From NCBI GenBank assembly GCA_905178155.1, contig CAJINV010000011.1:493914-557913 (forward strand): a stretch of 64,000 bases of DNA. Direction: 5' to 3'. How positions within the stretch are numbered: position 1 is the first letter of the stretch; every line of letters starts with the position of its first letter. The DNA comes from Amoebophrya sp. A120 (taxonomy: Eukaryota; Protista; Dinoflagellata). Shown one piece after another: positions 24,780 through 36,643 of the stretch. The notes below the pieces were generated by a model. The model was not told the DNA's origin. It saw only the letters and a list, made by a program, of their open reading frames with translations, and ran no database searches. The translations under genes and the position numbers were made by a program.

Positions 24780-27700
24780 TCACACAGGACGACTTCGACT
24801 GGCTTGCAGGATCCAGAGTCCGGCGGTTTTCGGCACCACCAAGAGGTACCCTTCCCGCACCGAACCGACCTTGTACCGCCACCAGCGGACGCGGAACCCG
24901 TTGCGGTTGAGCAAGGCAACGATCCTCGGTATGGGGTTCTCAATTGTTACATTCTCAACTGTTACATGATTTGTCATGCAAATTTAGCACCAAGATCGCC
25001 ACGATTAAGCTGCTTCGCATGACAAATCTCCGAAGGGCTAAACAGCATCTAAATCTGTGCCAAATCTGTAATGCAAGAGGCGCAATCTTCCCCCTTTGCT
25101 TTCACTTTTGCCGTTCTTGCATTACAGATTCATGTAACGGTTGAGAATGTAACGTTTGAGAACGCCATACTCGGCATTCGCGTGTCCGGGGAGCAGTGAC
25201 GGATCTCCCCCGTAAACTCGGTATCAAACACTTCCATCACCACATTGTTTACCCGCTTCAAGGGTGCCCCCTGCAGCACCGCGAGCTCGTCGTATCAACT
25301 GGAAAAATGTCTGGGTCTGGAAGATTCTGACACTTGTCATGCACATTTTGCATGAGCCATGATGTCTGTGATGCATACCCTAGCAGTACAGATTTTTTGA
25401 GGGCTTTTTGATGCCTATTCCGCATGACAAATGCCTTCTCAGCGTAGCAAAAATTGCATTCCGTTATTTGCTACTCATGCAATACAGATTTTTTTGGAAT
25501 CCAAATACAGCATCACAAGTTGCATTCTTCCAGACCCAGACATTTTTGCATTTCATACGTCGCCCTCTACATCGATTTTCAGCAGATCGATGACTATAAC
25601 CCGCTCAGGTGTTACAATCTCAAACGTTACAATAGAATATCGAAATCTGTGATGCAAGATTGCATGATCCAGCCAACTCTCATAGGATTGCGCATGACAA
25701 GTTCTGGAGTCCCAATCCGCACTACAATCTGGCGAGGTTTGTATTGCAGAAAGTGGAATGCTGTCCGAGTCTGTCATGTTCATCATGCAAGACAAATCTC
25801 AGATTCTATTGTAACGCTTGAGATTGTAACGTTTGAGCAGGTCATAATGACATCTGTGATCTTCTGTTCCTCCAGCAAATGACTCAGCGTCGTGGAGATC
25901 GTGCACAGGCTGTCCATTTTCTTCCCCGGGATCTTCAGTATTGTCAGCAAAGAACACGTCGTCCCCACCTCAGAGTCAAGATGGAAAATCTGGTGCTAGA
26001 CATATCACCAAGCATTGGTCGTTGCTGCGCACGACAAATTTATTGGGCACGCAATCTAGTCGCGTTCTGCTCAGCTAGTGCAGCAGAATCACAGTGGATC
26101 TAGTGCATTATTAGCATCACAAATCTCAAAAGACAACTAGAAAATAGCACTTCACATGGGTCTCCGCATGAGAAACCTTTTGAGCATGCAGATTGGCATT
26201 ACAACTCTGGATAAATTCTGGGGAGGTCGAGGTGGGGTCGGTTTTACACGGGATAACTAGGTCCGCCTCGTCCTTTTCCTCACTATGACAGTGCACAACT
26301 CCCCCTCCCCCTCATTTGTGTACGCATGAACGGCAATACAAGCATCAACAAGAAAGAGAATGCCGGCTCTGCATGACAAATTTACACTGCAGTGTCGTGC
26401 TATTTGGGCTACCAGAGCTCGTCATGCATAATAGTGACAGGAGGGACAGTCTGGAGCTGCTGGTGGTTTGCACGATGAGAAATGAGAACGAGGGGCAGCT
26501 ATGTGGTGCACTCTCATACTCATCATGTGGTATGATCGACATCCCTGTTCGTATATATTTCGACATGGCGAAGAAGAAGAATTCCGCTAGCGCGGCGAAA
26601 CAAAAAGGATATACCATCATCTCGTCTGTGTTGTATCCTCAAATCGAAATCACACATAATCATGACGTACTATACCAGCCACAAGATCATCTTCTTTTTC
26701 CTGGGCGACCACCCCGAATGACGTTCTTTCCGTCTCCTCTCCGTAGTACCGCTGCCGCTCCAGTTCCGTCTCAGAGGCGTATCACATGCAAAAATGTCTG
26801 GCTCTGGAAGAAGACCCTTGTTTCTTGTCATGCATCCTTTGGATTATGCAAATGGTCTGTAATGCACGCAAAAGCATTACAGGTTTTGCGCAGGCCTTCT
26901 GATGCCTATCCTGCATGAGAAAAAGAAATTCCCAATTTGCGTAGCACGAAATAAGCAGCTTTTGACCATCACGCAATACAAATTTTTGCCAATTCCATCA
27001 TCCGCATCACAAGTTCCAACCTTCCAGACCCAGACATTTTTGCATTTGATAAGGCGATCTCCGCCTGTTCCCTTGGGTGTCGCGTGGCCTCCGAGGGTTT
27101 CTCCTCCGGCCAGTACAGTGTGAGTTTCTCCGTTTTTTTCCCACCCACCGCCTGAAACGGGAGCACCCGCTATGCATTGCAAAAGCAAAAGCATCGTGAT
27201 CGTACTAGTATACATTGCATTATAAATTGACTTAACATTACAAATTATGTTTGTAATGCGGATTTGCCTTATGTAATGCATAAACGCAATTAGAAGTACG
27301 AGTACGACACTTTTGCAGTTCATAGCCGCACCTTCTCCGCAAGTTGCGGCTCCAGACGCTTGACGTTCTCCTCCAGCGCCTGCACGTTGATCGGCACGGG
27401 CTCGATGGCGATCACTTTGTTCGCCCGCAGATACGTAGCAGCCCAGACGGTGAACAAACCAATGTGCGCGCCCACGTCGACTACCGTCCCGACCTCCGGA
27501 TGAGGTCGTAGGAGATTCTTGCTCAAACGGAGCGGTTCGTCAAACTTTTGCTCAAACCGCTCGGCCCACCACGCATCCTCCTGGGAGCGCGGCAGGGTGT
27601 TGTCAAAACAGACGTCCGGGGTGATTTGTTCCTGGTACCAGTCCACCCTTTTGCAGGAAGACCGGCATGGGTCGTATTTGGGCGGCTTCTGCTTTCCCAG

Positions 27701-28816
27701 CAAGAACTGGGGGTACCGCGCGGTCTGTTGCTCCGGGTTGGTGTATATGAACTGCAAAAGCATCGTACTAGTATAAATCACATGACAAATTTCCTCAGCA
27801 TGAGAAATAAAATTTGTATTGCGGATTTGACTTGAGAAAGAAATTTGTAATGCATAACTGCGATTACTACGAGTACGATACTTTTGCACAGGATAGTGTA
27901 GATCTCCCGCACAAAAATCTCCTCGTACAGCTGCCTCGCGTCCTCCTGATATGCATTGCAAATAGCCGTTGATTGAACGTTGTCGTGCCGACTCTCGATC
28001 ACACGAGAACTTGTGTTGCATGACGAGCACCAAAAGTACTATATCCATTTTAGGTCTAGTACACAAGTAGTCAGTTCCTCATGTGGGACAGGCATGACGA
28101 GACCTCCTGAGCAAAACTTGTAAATTCTTGTGTGTGCATTCCAGAGTGTCTCTCTGCGTGTTCCAAAAGATGCATGACAAACTCCTGCACTCATCCAAAG
28201 AACCCAAACGTCTTTGCATTGCACACCTGGTGCTCGCAAACCAAATTCGCCGTCATCCCCCGTGGCCGCCGCACGCCGATGATTTTATCAACTGGAAAAA
28301 TGTCTGGGTCTGGAAGATTCTGACACTTGTCATGCACGTTTTGCATGAGCCCTGATGTCTGTGATGCATGCTCTAGCATCACAGATTTTTTGAGAGCTTC
28401 TTGATGCCTATTCCGCATGACAGATGCCGTCTCCGCGTAGCAACAATTACATTCCTTTTGGTACTCATGCAATACAGATTTTTCTGGAATCCAAATGCAG
28501 CATCACAAGTTCCAATCTTCCAGACCCAGACATTTTTACATTTGATAGATTTCTGGAAAGCCGTATTGTGCGGAAAAATCCCTCCCACACCATACTCGGA
28601 AGCGAGCTTTGTGATGCTGCTTTGTTTTGCGTATTTAGTAAGGCAAACGGCACTTCTCATGTAGCGCATTGATGCACAGCGAGTCCTCTGTCATGCGTTT
28701 ATTTCACCACCGGCAGACTTGTCTCTTATGCTGAAGATCTGCCAGCCGGATGCATAGTACCTCCCAAACCCAAACGGGCTCAGAATTAAGTATATGCCGA
28801 CATCAAGCCCTTCGTC
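24780..28816 (-). CDS. FkbM-family (Methyltransf_21) SAM-dependent methyltransferase; 11 introners; the 5' exon(s) above 28816 are unresolved (possibly 28920-29354)
   Basis: Spliced product has LYEEIFVREIY, VVDVGAHIGLF, VIAIEPVPIN, IDLLKIDVEGDELAVLQG and IVALLNRNGFRV...LWILQASR; several joins checked in frame. Confidence 0.85.
24930..25169. mobile_element. Introner, family F (CTCAA..GTTACATTCTCAA TIR)
   Basis: TAT...ATA; DR ctcgg. Confidence 0.9.
25293..25557. mobile_element. Introner, family A
   Basis: TAT...ATA; DR cgtcg; close copy of 28286-28547. Confidence 0.92.
25595..25846. mobile_element. Introner, family F
   Basis: TAT...ATA; DR atgac; TIR gttacaatctcaa/ttgagattgtaac. Confidence 0.9.
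25939..26255. mobile_element. Introner, family C (degenerate)
   Basis: TAT...ATA; ccccacct/aggtgggg; decayed DR; frame restored on removal plus 5 nt. Confidence 0.7.
26284..26518. mobile_element. Introner, family E
   Basis: TAT...ATA; DR ctcac/ctcat; similar to 5798-6013. Confidence 0.85.
26780..27051. mobile_element. Introner, family A
   Basis: TAT...ATA; DR aggcg. Confidence 0.9.
27171..27324. mobile_element. Introner, family B
   Basis: TAT...ATA; DR cccgc/gccgc. Confidence 0.85.
27746..27895. mobile_element. Introner, family B
   Basis: TAT...ATA; DR gtgta. Confidence 0.92.
27950..28225. mobile_element. Introner, degenerate A-like
   Basis: TAT...ACA; DR cctga/cctgg; removal gives EHQ|EDARQLYEEIF. 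Confidence 0.75.
28286..28547. mobile_element. Introner, family A
   Basis: TAT...ATA; DR gattt. Confidence 0.92.
28564..28794. mobile_element. Probable degenerate introner (H/C-like left end; right TIR lost)
   Basis: TAT...ATA; DR agccg/tgccg; internal TGTNATGC motifs; frame restored (DVG|IPE). Confidence 0.55.
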
Positions 28817-31394
28817 CTGCAAAAACACATAGTTGTAGTTCATTTGTGTACACAGATCCAGCAGCACAAGCCGTGGTCTTTTGAATTATTCTATGGGGTC
28901 GTCGTGGGGACAACTTTTTTCACTTTGATAAGTCGCCTGGGTTCTTTGCGCCGGTGGTCCGTGTGGGGTCGCTGTAAAACAGGTCGCCCCGCCCAGGGGA
29001 ATGATCAGCGGTACTCTCCGAGGACCCGAGTAGAAGATGTTTCTCCACGACCCTCCAGGCTCCCCGACGTTTCCCGTCATTTTGCAAGTTTATTTTTCCT
29101 TTCGCACCTTTCTTCTCTTTGATAGAAAGAACTACACTGCTCTCCGTGCTCCTTTTGGAGGCGACCTTTTTGCTTCTACGTGCCTTCTTGGAAACTTTCT
29201 TCTTCGTGTTCAGATGCGGATTCTGCTCCTGCGTCCCGCAACAATGTTTCGGTGCGGGGGCCTGCTTCGGGTTGTTCATCTTGATATCGACATCTAATAT
29301 TTTCGACATGTTTTCTTCTTCCATTGGTTTTGCTTTATGGCGTCTTGCTTTCAATCATCACATGAGCTTGGTACTAAATAGAATACACTGGAATCAATAA
29401 AGGTTTGTTTCTACTCGAGGCGTTAACAAACGCAACCAGTTTTGCATGGTATTTCGACAAGAATTTTCACTGGAATCAGGTGTCGAGCTGCCGTGTGACT
29501 GCTCAGACTCTGGTGTGTAAGTAGTTGCAGTCTGATACTGATGATCGGTCCCGAAATAAGCATATGATACCTAAAAGGTAGTTGTGTGTTGTTCAACCGC
29601 GCTGAAGATCATCCTTCTTGTTCTTACTTCCCCCGCCGAGATCTTCTCTGTCGCGCCAGAAATTATAAACGGCGAACTTGGACGAGCTACAAAGACCGTG
29701 TTCAACGAAAGAGAAAGGAGAAGAGATGATAGCTCCTGCTCCATCAGTGTAGTAGAGATCTTTTCTTCGCAATCGCATACGCATTTACTTACTTCTATAA
29801 AATGAAACGCGCCTTCGAACGATCGCAGTGCTGAAGGGACATGTTGACGTCCTCTCCAGAAGATCTTCATATATACTGAGGTTGCTGCTGATGACTGGAA
29901 ACCCCAAGCAGCAAGACGCAAGATCTAGATCTTGCGTTCGCACATAACTACGACGGAGAACATCGACTTTGTAATTTGAAGTTGTACTCGGAGCACTTAC
30001 ATCCCAGCGTTGTTAGTCCATCGTCGTTCGGTTTTCCAAATTCAAGCTGTTGTTTTTAGGGTATCCACGAAAAAACTCCTTCTCCTCGCCTTGAGCACCG
30101 TCCTAAACCCAACAAAAAGCTGAGCCCAATAATGTGCGGCGAATTCGGAGCCCTGTTCGTTTTCGTGAAGGTCCAAGAGCGTAATTCATATAGCGCAGCC
30201 TCCTTTTTCCCTTGCAGCTTTCCCTCTGTTTGATCGTATCTATTTTTCTTGCCAGGATCGGAAAACTTATGTGAAAGAACCGACCTCCCTTGTGCATATA
30301 CAAGTAGTAGCGCAAATATAAAGATACTACGGAGCTTTCACATGAATTTGTCATACGATAAATTTGTAATGCGTTTTTTGTCAGCTGGCTCTGATTGTAA
30401 AGTGTAGAAAAATTTTGCATTTTAGATAAGATCAAACTGTCAGATTTAACATCGGTTTTGCTTGCTTCGTAAGGTTTGATTTCTTCTGTAGCTTCCTGTG
30501 ACTATGGAACTGGGGCGGATATTACACAACGTTCCTGAGACCGCTGGCAACAGGACCCCTTTCCATAGTCGATAAAAATAAAAACTGAGTGTAAATTTAC
30601 CTTCTGCTACGTGTCTTTTATGTCCTCTTAGTTATGCAATTTGTAAAGGCCCTTTTTGTATCTATATGTCATCTCTTCAAACCTGTAATGCGAGGAAAGA
30701 GAACAAAAGTTGCGCAGTTTCCTAGCTGTGCCTGCTGCTTTTATGTCCTTTCGCTGAGTTGGAGAAATGAAAAATTCTACTTATGAAAGAATTGTAGAAG
30801 ACAAATAAGGGGAGCCTTGCTTTGGCTTTCCGATCAGAATCTCAGCCTATGAAATAAAACGGACAACATTCGAGGATATAATTCACAGGCATAAAAAAAC
30901 ACACGACGTCCTCTGCAGATCTTGTTGTTAGAATGAATGCCGTGCGGGCCTAGTAGGTGCGCGACGAAACAAGCCATCAACATATCGGCCCGCAAAAAAA
31001 TGTGAAGGTATAGCTGTCTGCGAAAGTTGTTCGATCAAATGAAAATCGGCGAAGCCACTGTTTTGTGGATATAGATCTTCCAAAATCAAGCAAAAACTGT
31101 TCAAGCCAGACCAAATGAGTGAAGGCAATTCTGCACTGTCCTCGCGACTCATATTTACTTACTTATATTGATGCTCCTTGGTACTCATTTTTTTCCAAAA
31201 TTTTTCCAAGCCAAAGTATAGAAGCTCGTTGTGGTCAAGCTAGATCTGTGGTCATCGAGCTAGAGAGCAGAAGCATTTTGCTGCTCTTCATCTCCGGGTC
31301 ACCGACTGTCGCACATTTTTCATGGGCCGCTGAAAAAGGCAAATCATCAGCCGCACAGCCCGCGTAAGTTCGGATCAAGAAAGACGTCTACTTG

Positions 31395-33770
31395 TCAGAA
31401 CATCGCCTGGTCGTCCTCCGGACAGGGTGCCTGTGGAGGTGCTGGCACTCCTGGCGTCGTCAAAGGTGCAGCTGCTCCCGGTGTAGTCGCTCCGACGGGA
31501 AAGCCGCCTGCTGCTGAAGGGTTCGCAGTATCGTTGCTGTCGTCCCCAGGCAGCGGCAGCCTCTGCTGCGCTGGGCCCTCCACCCCGTCAACATCGCAGT
31601 CGGGAAGGGAATCGAAGGTGTCCACTCGCGTGCTAGTACTGTCCTCCTGGGGTTCCGCTTCCGGACTTCCTGCGGGGAAAAAAAATCAAAGTTGTGGAAA
31701 AAAATTATAGAAGAAATAATCTTTCTATTTTACTCCTAGTTCTTGAACTAATGCACGTCGATCAAGAAAAATTTTTTAGCGTTAAACAATATTTTTGTCT
31801 TTCTATAGGCATATATAATGTACGTAGCAGCTGCTACCCTCTTCCCCGAGCGACTGGCTGCTGTTCGAACTCCAGCTACGTACCGAAAAGGCGCCCGCTG
31901 GCGAGGGGGTCCTCGTGCGGTATTCAGGCCCAAGCGCTGCACCCCTGCCATCAAATACGCCACTGCCCCTAGCCCCCGTGCGCTGCTGCTCGTACCACCG
32001 CCCTGGACGAGTGCTAGCGGTACTCGCTCCCGCTTCTTCCTGCTGGTGCTGGCGCGACCAGGATCGCGGAGGCGGACGGACGTGTAGCTGCCTCGCCATA
32101 AAACTCGTGGCCTCGTGTCCGTCACGCTCCTCTTGTTGCGGCAGCGAACTTTCTCCGGCCGCGGACCTGGAAGAGGCAAGCAAGCCCGGTCGCCCACCGA
32201 AGGCAGCAACAACTGCTGTAGACAGTAAAAACTGCTGATGGTGGTCCATCTGGTTGTGTCCCTGTTCATCCTGCGCACTGGAGGACGATTTCTCCGTCAT
32301 TTCCCAGTCTCTCTGATCCAACAAGCCGGTCGAGTGCCCGGGCCGGGCAGATCCCCCGGGGCTTGCACGCTGTCGCTTCTCCTTTTCTTTTGTTCCCGGC
32401 TGCTCCGATCGAGAAGCCTGGAGCCGAGCAGGCCGCTGCCAGTGATCCGCACTGGAGCGAGGTAGCTGCAAGCCGTCCTCTACGTCCGTCTGACTGGGCG
32501 AAACAGAAGTGCGGGCACTGGTTCTACTGATTCTTCGCCTTGCCTCATCTATACTACTCGAGCCGGCGCCCGCGGCCCTGAGTTCCACGATCGTCTCGTT
32601 TCGTAACGCAGTGTGCCGCAAAGCTGACAACAAGTGCCCGTACTGTTCCTGCTCATCCTGCCGGGACACTAGCGTCGATGGGGCGAGGAACTGCTCCTGT
32701 GGCGCGGATGTGGGGAGAAAAGGAAAATGATGAGCGCGTCCGCCTGCTCGGCCAGCGCCAGATGAAGTGGCTGACGTACTTCCAGGGGTGCTAGCGGACG
32801 AGTGAATTGTGGCACCACCTCTGTCCAGCAGGCTGTCGGTTTCGTACGGTTCGAAGGACGAAGGCGTGTCGGAGGTCGGAGGGGTGGGTTTTTTGAGGGA
32901 AAGCGCCGCGATAGTTGCAGCTACGAGTTCCATGTCTCCATCGTCGTCGTCGGGCGCGCCGTGTTGTCCTGCCAGTCCTAGCCGGGGCCCCAGGTTCTTC
33001 TCTCGCTGTCGGTCAGCGCTTTTTTCATCTTTATTCCTGCTTCTTTTGGCTGCAGACGCGGAGTCGGACAACAACTTGCTCGTCAACCCTTGCGGGGGGC
33101 GGGGAAATAAAATCGAGGTCGAAGTTTCTCTCCCACTCGAAGACGCCGCAGCTCGACCATGCTTGCCACTGACACAGGAGAAAGCAGCCTGAGTCACAGC
33201 CGGCTCATAATTCCCCTCGCCCGAGGTACAGCGAGACCATGCTGACTCGAACATAGTAGTATCGTTACAGGGCAGCATTGTGCTGCAGGAGCTGTTCACA
33301 GAGACCTGCTTGAGCCAGGGCGGGTCGACATCCATTTCGTCCGAAAAATCGTCTACCCTCACCTCGGGAGTAGATGCAGAAGGGCCTTGAAGTACCACGC
33401 CCGCCCTTGCTGCCTCTTCATCCTCCACCCCACTTGTCGATGCACGTCTGGCTTTTTTCGACCACCTAGTACCCTCGAGGGTACGATCTATTCCCCCGTC
33501 GCGTTTGCTCTCGTGCTGCGGAGGGTGTGGTGGACCGCCTGTTTTATTAGTAGCCGTAATGCGGTAACCGACGACTGCACTCTGGTCGTGGCCACTGAGT
33601 GAAAAGTATACTATCGCGGCAGCAAATGCAGTTCTTCTTCCGCCCGGCCCTGACGGAACCATCTCGGGGACTCTCCGCCGTCGGTCCTTTGTCGTCGCCT
33701 CGAAGGCCCGCATTGCGGTCCACGAACGTATTCGGAAATGATAGCCGTCTAGTACCGGCGTAATACGCAA
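31395..33770 (-). CDS. Hypothetical low-complexity protein; probable GT-AG intron ~31670-31823
   Basis: 655-aa ORF 31803-33770 with an N-proximal hydrophobic stretch, plus putative last exon 31395-31669 after an acceptor-like ttttttccccgcag. Confidence 0.6.
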
Positions 33771-34355
33771 TCGCCCGAATCTAGCGCCTCGCGCTGCGAG
33801 CAGGTTCGTCTGTGCCTGTGTTCACAGCTTCTCCTTCTTCGGCAGAGCGTCCTTGAGGCATCCGCGACGAGACACTTATTTCGCCACGACGAATTGTTGA
33901 AGGAGTGACTACTCTTCGACCTGCCGTGGCACTTCGGTGAGCAGTACTGTTTCAGCTTGGTCAAGGTGAGATTCGCGAATCAATCCCTATAAAAAGATCG
34001 TTACGCGCTGCTTTTTTTATTTTCGTCGATAACATTGATGAAGCACACCAGAAATCGAAAATGCCGCCGCCAAAGAGAAAAAATTGAACAAGTAAGAACT
34101 CTACTTGCACTTGCAGAAAACAAAAAACAAGGGATCCTTTCGAAGATCGAACACGCTGCAAAATCGACGAGTGCGCTGGCGAACATGCGTGACATCACAC
34201 GACAGTGTGGCAACCTGAAGCTGTCTTTCTAATTTGATTTCGCTTTGTGTCGTTTTTTACTAAGTACTTTATAATAAGGTCTCGCTGCGCTGCGGCTTGG
34301 CACAGAAGGAGCTGGGGCACTATGGGCAGCTAAATGTGAACACCAACACTTTTTA

Positions 34356-35564
34356 TCACTCCAATCGTTGCTTTTTCGCTTCCCTCCCCGCCGCCGAACC
34401 AGTTTCGACGTCTTCTGCTTCCTCATCGGCAGCTGCACGTGGAGATGAGGACGAGGACTTTTGTGTCCGCAAAAGTTGAAGAACTTCCTCGTCGCCCCCG
34501 AGCACCGGTCTTATTTTAGCAGCACTACTTTCACCAGCAGCAGGAAGGCCCCCTTCCGCCTCCGCAGACCATATCGACCCGGCAGCGGAGGTTATTTCTT
34601 GCCCCTTTGCTGGCAATGCGTGAAAAGTCGCTGTCTGCTTGGCGCTGCTGCACTCCAGAATGACCAGGTACTCGTCCAGGAGCCGAAAAGCGGCCTGTAA
34701 ATCCAGAGTAGACGTGGTCCTGCTGGTGTTTGTTCTACCGGCAGCAGTCGAGAAGTTTGGACCACTGGTTTTGCTGGTTCGTCCTTCATCTTCACACCCA
34801 GTTTTACCCGCGCCGGAAAGATGGAGCAGCCGCCCATTGCACTCAATCAAGGCCCCGTCGACAGGGGACAAAACGTCGATGCGGTTACAATTTTCCTCCA
34901 GTTTATTTCTTGATGACGTGCTGGTCGTGTTCCTGGTGTCCGTGTCTTCGAGGTTCTTTTTTACGACATAATTATTCTGAGAAGCTGCACTAGAACTTCT
35001 TGTACTGGAGGTCGTGTAGTTGTATACCAGTTGGCATAGCAGATCCCCCTTTTTCACCTGCTTGAGACAGTTCTTCTTCTTTTTCTTGGAGGAAACGATC
35101 AGGTCCGCAGGGGCAGCTCGTGTCTTGTCGTCCTCGGTTGTCTTGGGGCAGCTGGGATGTTCTTGAGCAAGGCTTGTTCTCATGTCGTCGTCGCCAGCGC
35201 CGGTTGAAGGCATAATTTTTACTGCCTCTTCCGCAATAAATTCCCCTCCTGGTATGGGGAAGACGACCCGGATCGCGGTCCCACATGAGCGCTTCAAAAC
35301 GTCCAGGACGACTTCCTTCCGGAGCGAGACCATCACCAAACCGTTATCGTGCCGGCGGACTATCGTGTCGCCCATCGGTCCGAACCGGGTCTCTGTGTTC
35401 GGTCGGTCAAACCGCGGCAGGACCGGGGTAGTCGTAGTCGAGTCGTCACTTGTCATATTTCTGGAGGCGGTTGTCTGACCAAGGCCGACGTCCAGCGCCG
35501 CCAGTTGCCGCCGCAAATCCGCGTGGCGCCGTGCGGGGGAGGAGGTTGTTCTCGTCGGGGTCAT
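34356..35564 (-). CDS. FAM206A/ABITRAM (Simiate)-like single-hybrid-motif protein
   Basis: Motif order DTIVRRHDNGLVMVSL / VSSKKKKK...KGDLLCQL / VLSPVDGALIECNGRL / EYLVIL resembles FAM206A; intronless ORF. Confidence 0.65.
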   Translation of the reverse strand: MTPTRTTSSPARRHADLRRQLAALDVGLGQTTASRNMTSDDSTTTTPVLPRFDRPNTETRFGPMGDTIVRRHDNGLVMVSLRKEVVLDVLKRSCGTAIRVVFPIPGGEFIAEEAVKIMPSTGAGDDDMRTSLAQEHPSCPKTTEDDKTRAAPADLIVSSKKKKKNCLKQVKKGDLLCQLVYNYTTSSTRSSSAASQNNYVVKKNLEDTDTRNTTSTSSRNKLEENCNRIDVLSPVDGALIECNGRLLHLSGAGKTGCEDEGRTSKTSGPNFSTAAGRTNTSRTTSTLDLQAAFRLLDEYLVILECSSAKQTATFHALPAKGQEITSAAGSIWSAEAEGGLPAAGESSAAKIRPVLGGDEEVLQLLRTQKSSSSSPRAAADEEAEDVETGSAAGREAKKQRLE

Positions 35565-36643
35565 GATTTTCGCAACCACTTATCTCTTTGAGAGCAACCG
35601 CAGGTGGAGCAACCGCAAGTACCTCTATAACTAGAAGTTCGGAACTAGGCTTTTTTCCGCTTCTGCTTGAGGTTGGTCCTACGTTGTATAATTCGACTGT
35701 GAAAATCAAACTTCTGCGGCAAAAATATCCTTTAACAAAATCTTTGTAAGACCGCGCAAGAAGTGGCTGAGCATTTATCTTCGCCTGGTTCTTCTTCTTT
35801 GTGAAATGAAAATATGATGAACGTCCGTTGAAGACCCGCGGCACAACTTCTGAGCCAACAACTTCTTGCATGTTGTGTAGTAGAGCCGCATTTTGGGATC
35901 GCCTTCACTAGAACTCAAAAATCTACTTGACCTCGTCGTGTGATCTCTAACTCTATCTTGAATGATCCTTTTACTTACTTTTTGAAGATCGACGAAAATA
36001 AATCGGCGCAAAATCATGAACCCTTTTGAGGATTTCCGCTGTGGCAGGTGTCAGGCGGTTGTTTTTGGACCCCGTGGTTTCTTTGCGCATCAAGGAGCTT
36101 GCTTCTCACGGATTTGCATAAAAAGAGGCGGAGAAAGCGAATAAAGACACGAAAATTTATAAATATCGCTTCCGATTTTTGCGTTGGAAACGACTCTTTT
36201 GTCACTTCTGGTCTCTTCATCTCGCGTGGGTATGGCCATAATTTCGCCAAGCAATAATATATTTACAGGAGATTGATTTGGTTTCAAAAGACCACCGTTT
36301 GGCCAAAAAAAAAGAAGCTTGTTCGGTTCAAATGCAATTGCGGGCTGTCAGCAAGCAGCAACATGGACGGCGCCAAAAAAACTGTACTCTAGTGTACTTT
36401 CCGCTTGAACAAGATCCAACAGCACGAAGAAAAATCTTTATTCGCATATCTTTAGCAGAATCCTCCATAATTCGGCCTGAATCAGTAAAAATATTTTTCA
36501 GGAGCAGTTCGAGGCGACATGAATAGTTTGGATTTTGGCCATATTTGAAGGAATATGAAATGGACTTTTGTCGAGCCGAGCTTCGAAGCTATAGCAGCCA
36601 GGCGTGGCGGTCTGTGCCCACATCATGGGAACACCACTACAAC

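Noticed and set aside
30330-30380. Isolated tgtcatac/tgtaatgc motifs suggesting an intergenic introner (also ~48075-48190)
   Set aside because: There are no TIRs or DRs; at most these are decayed relics.
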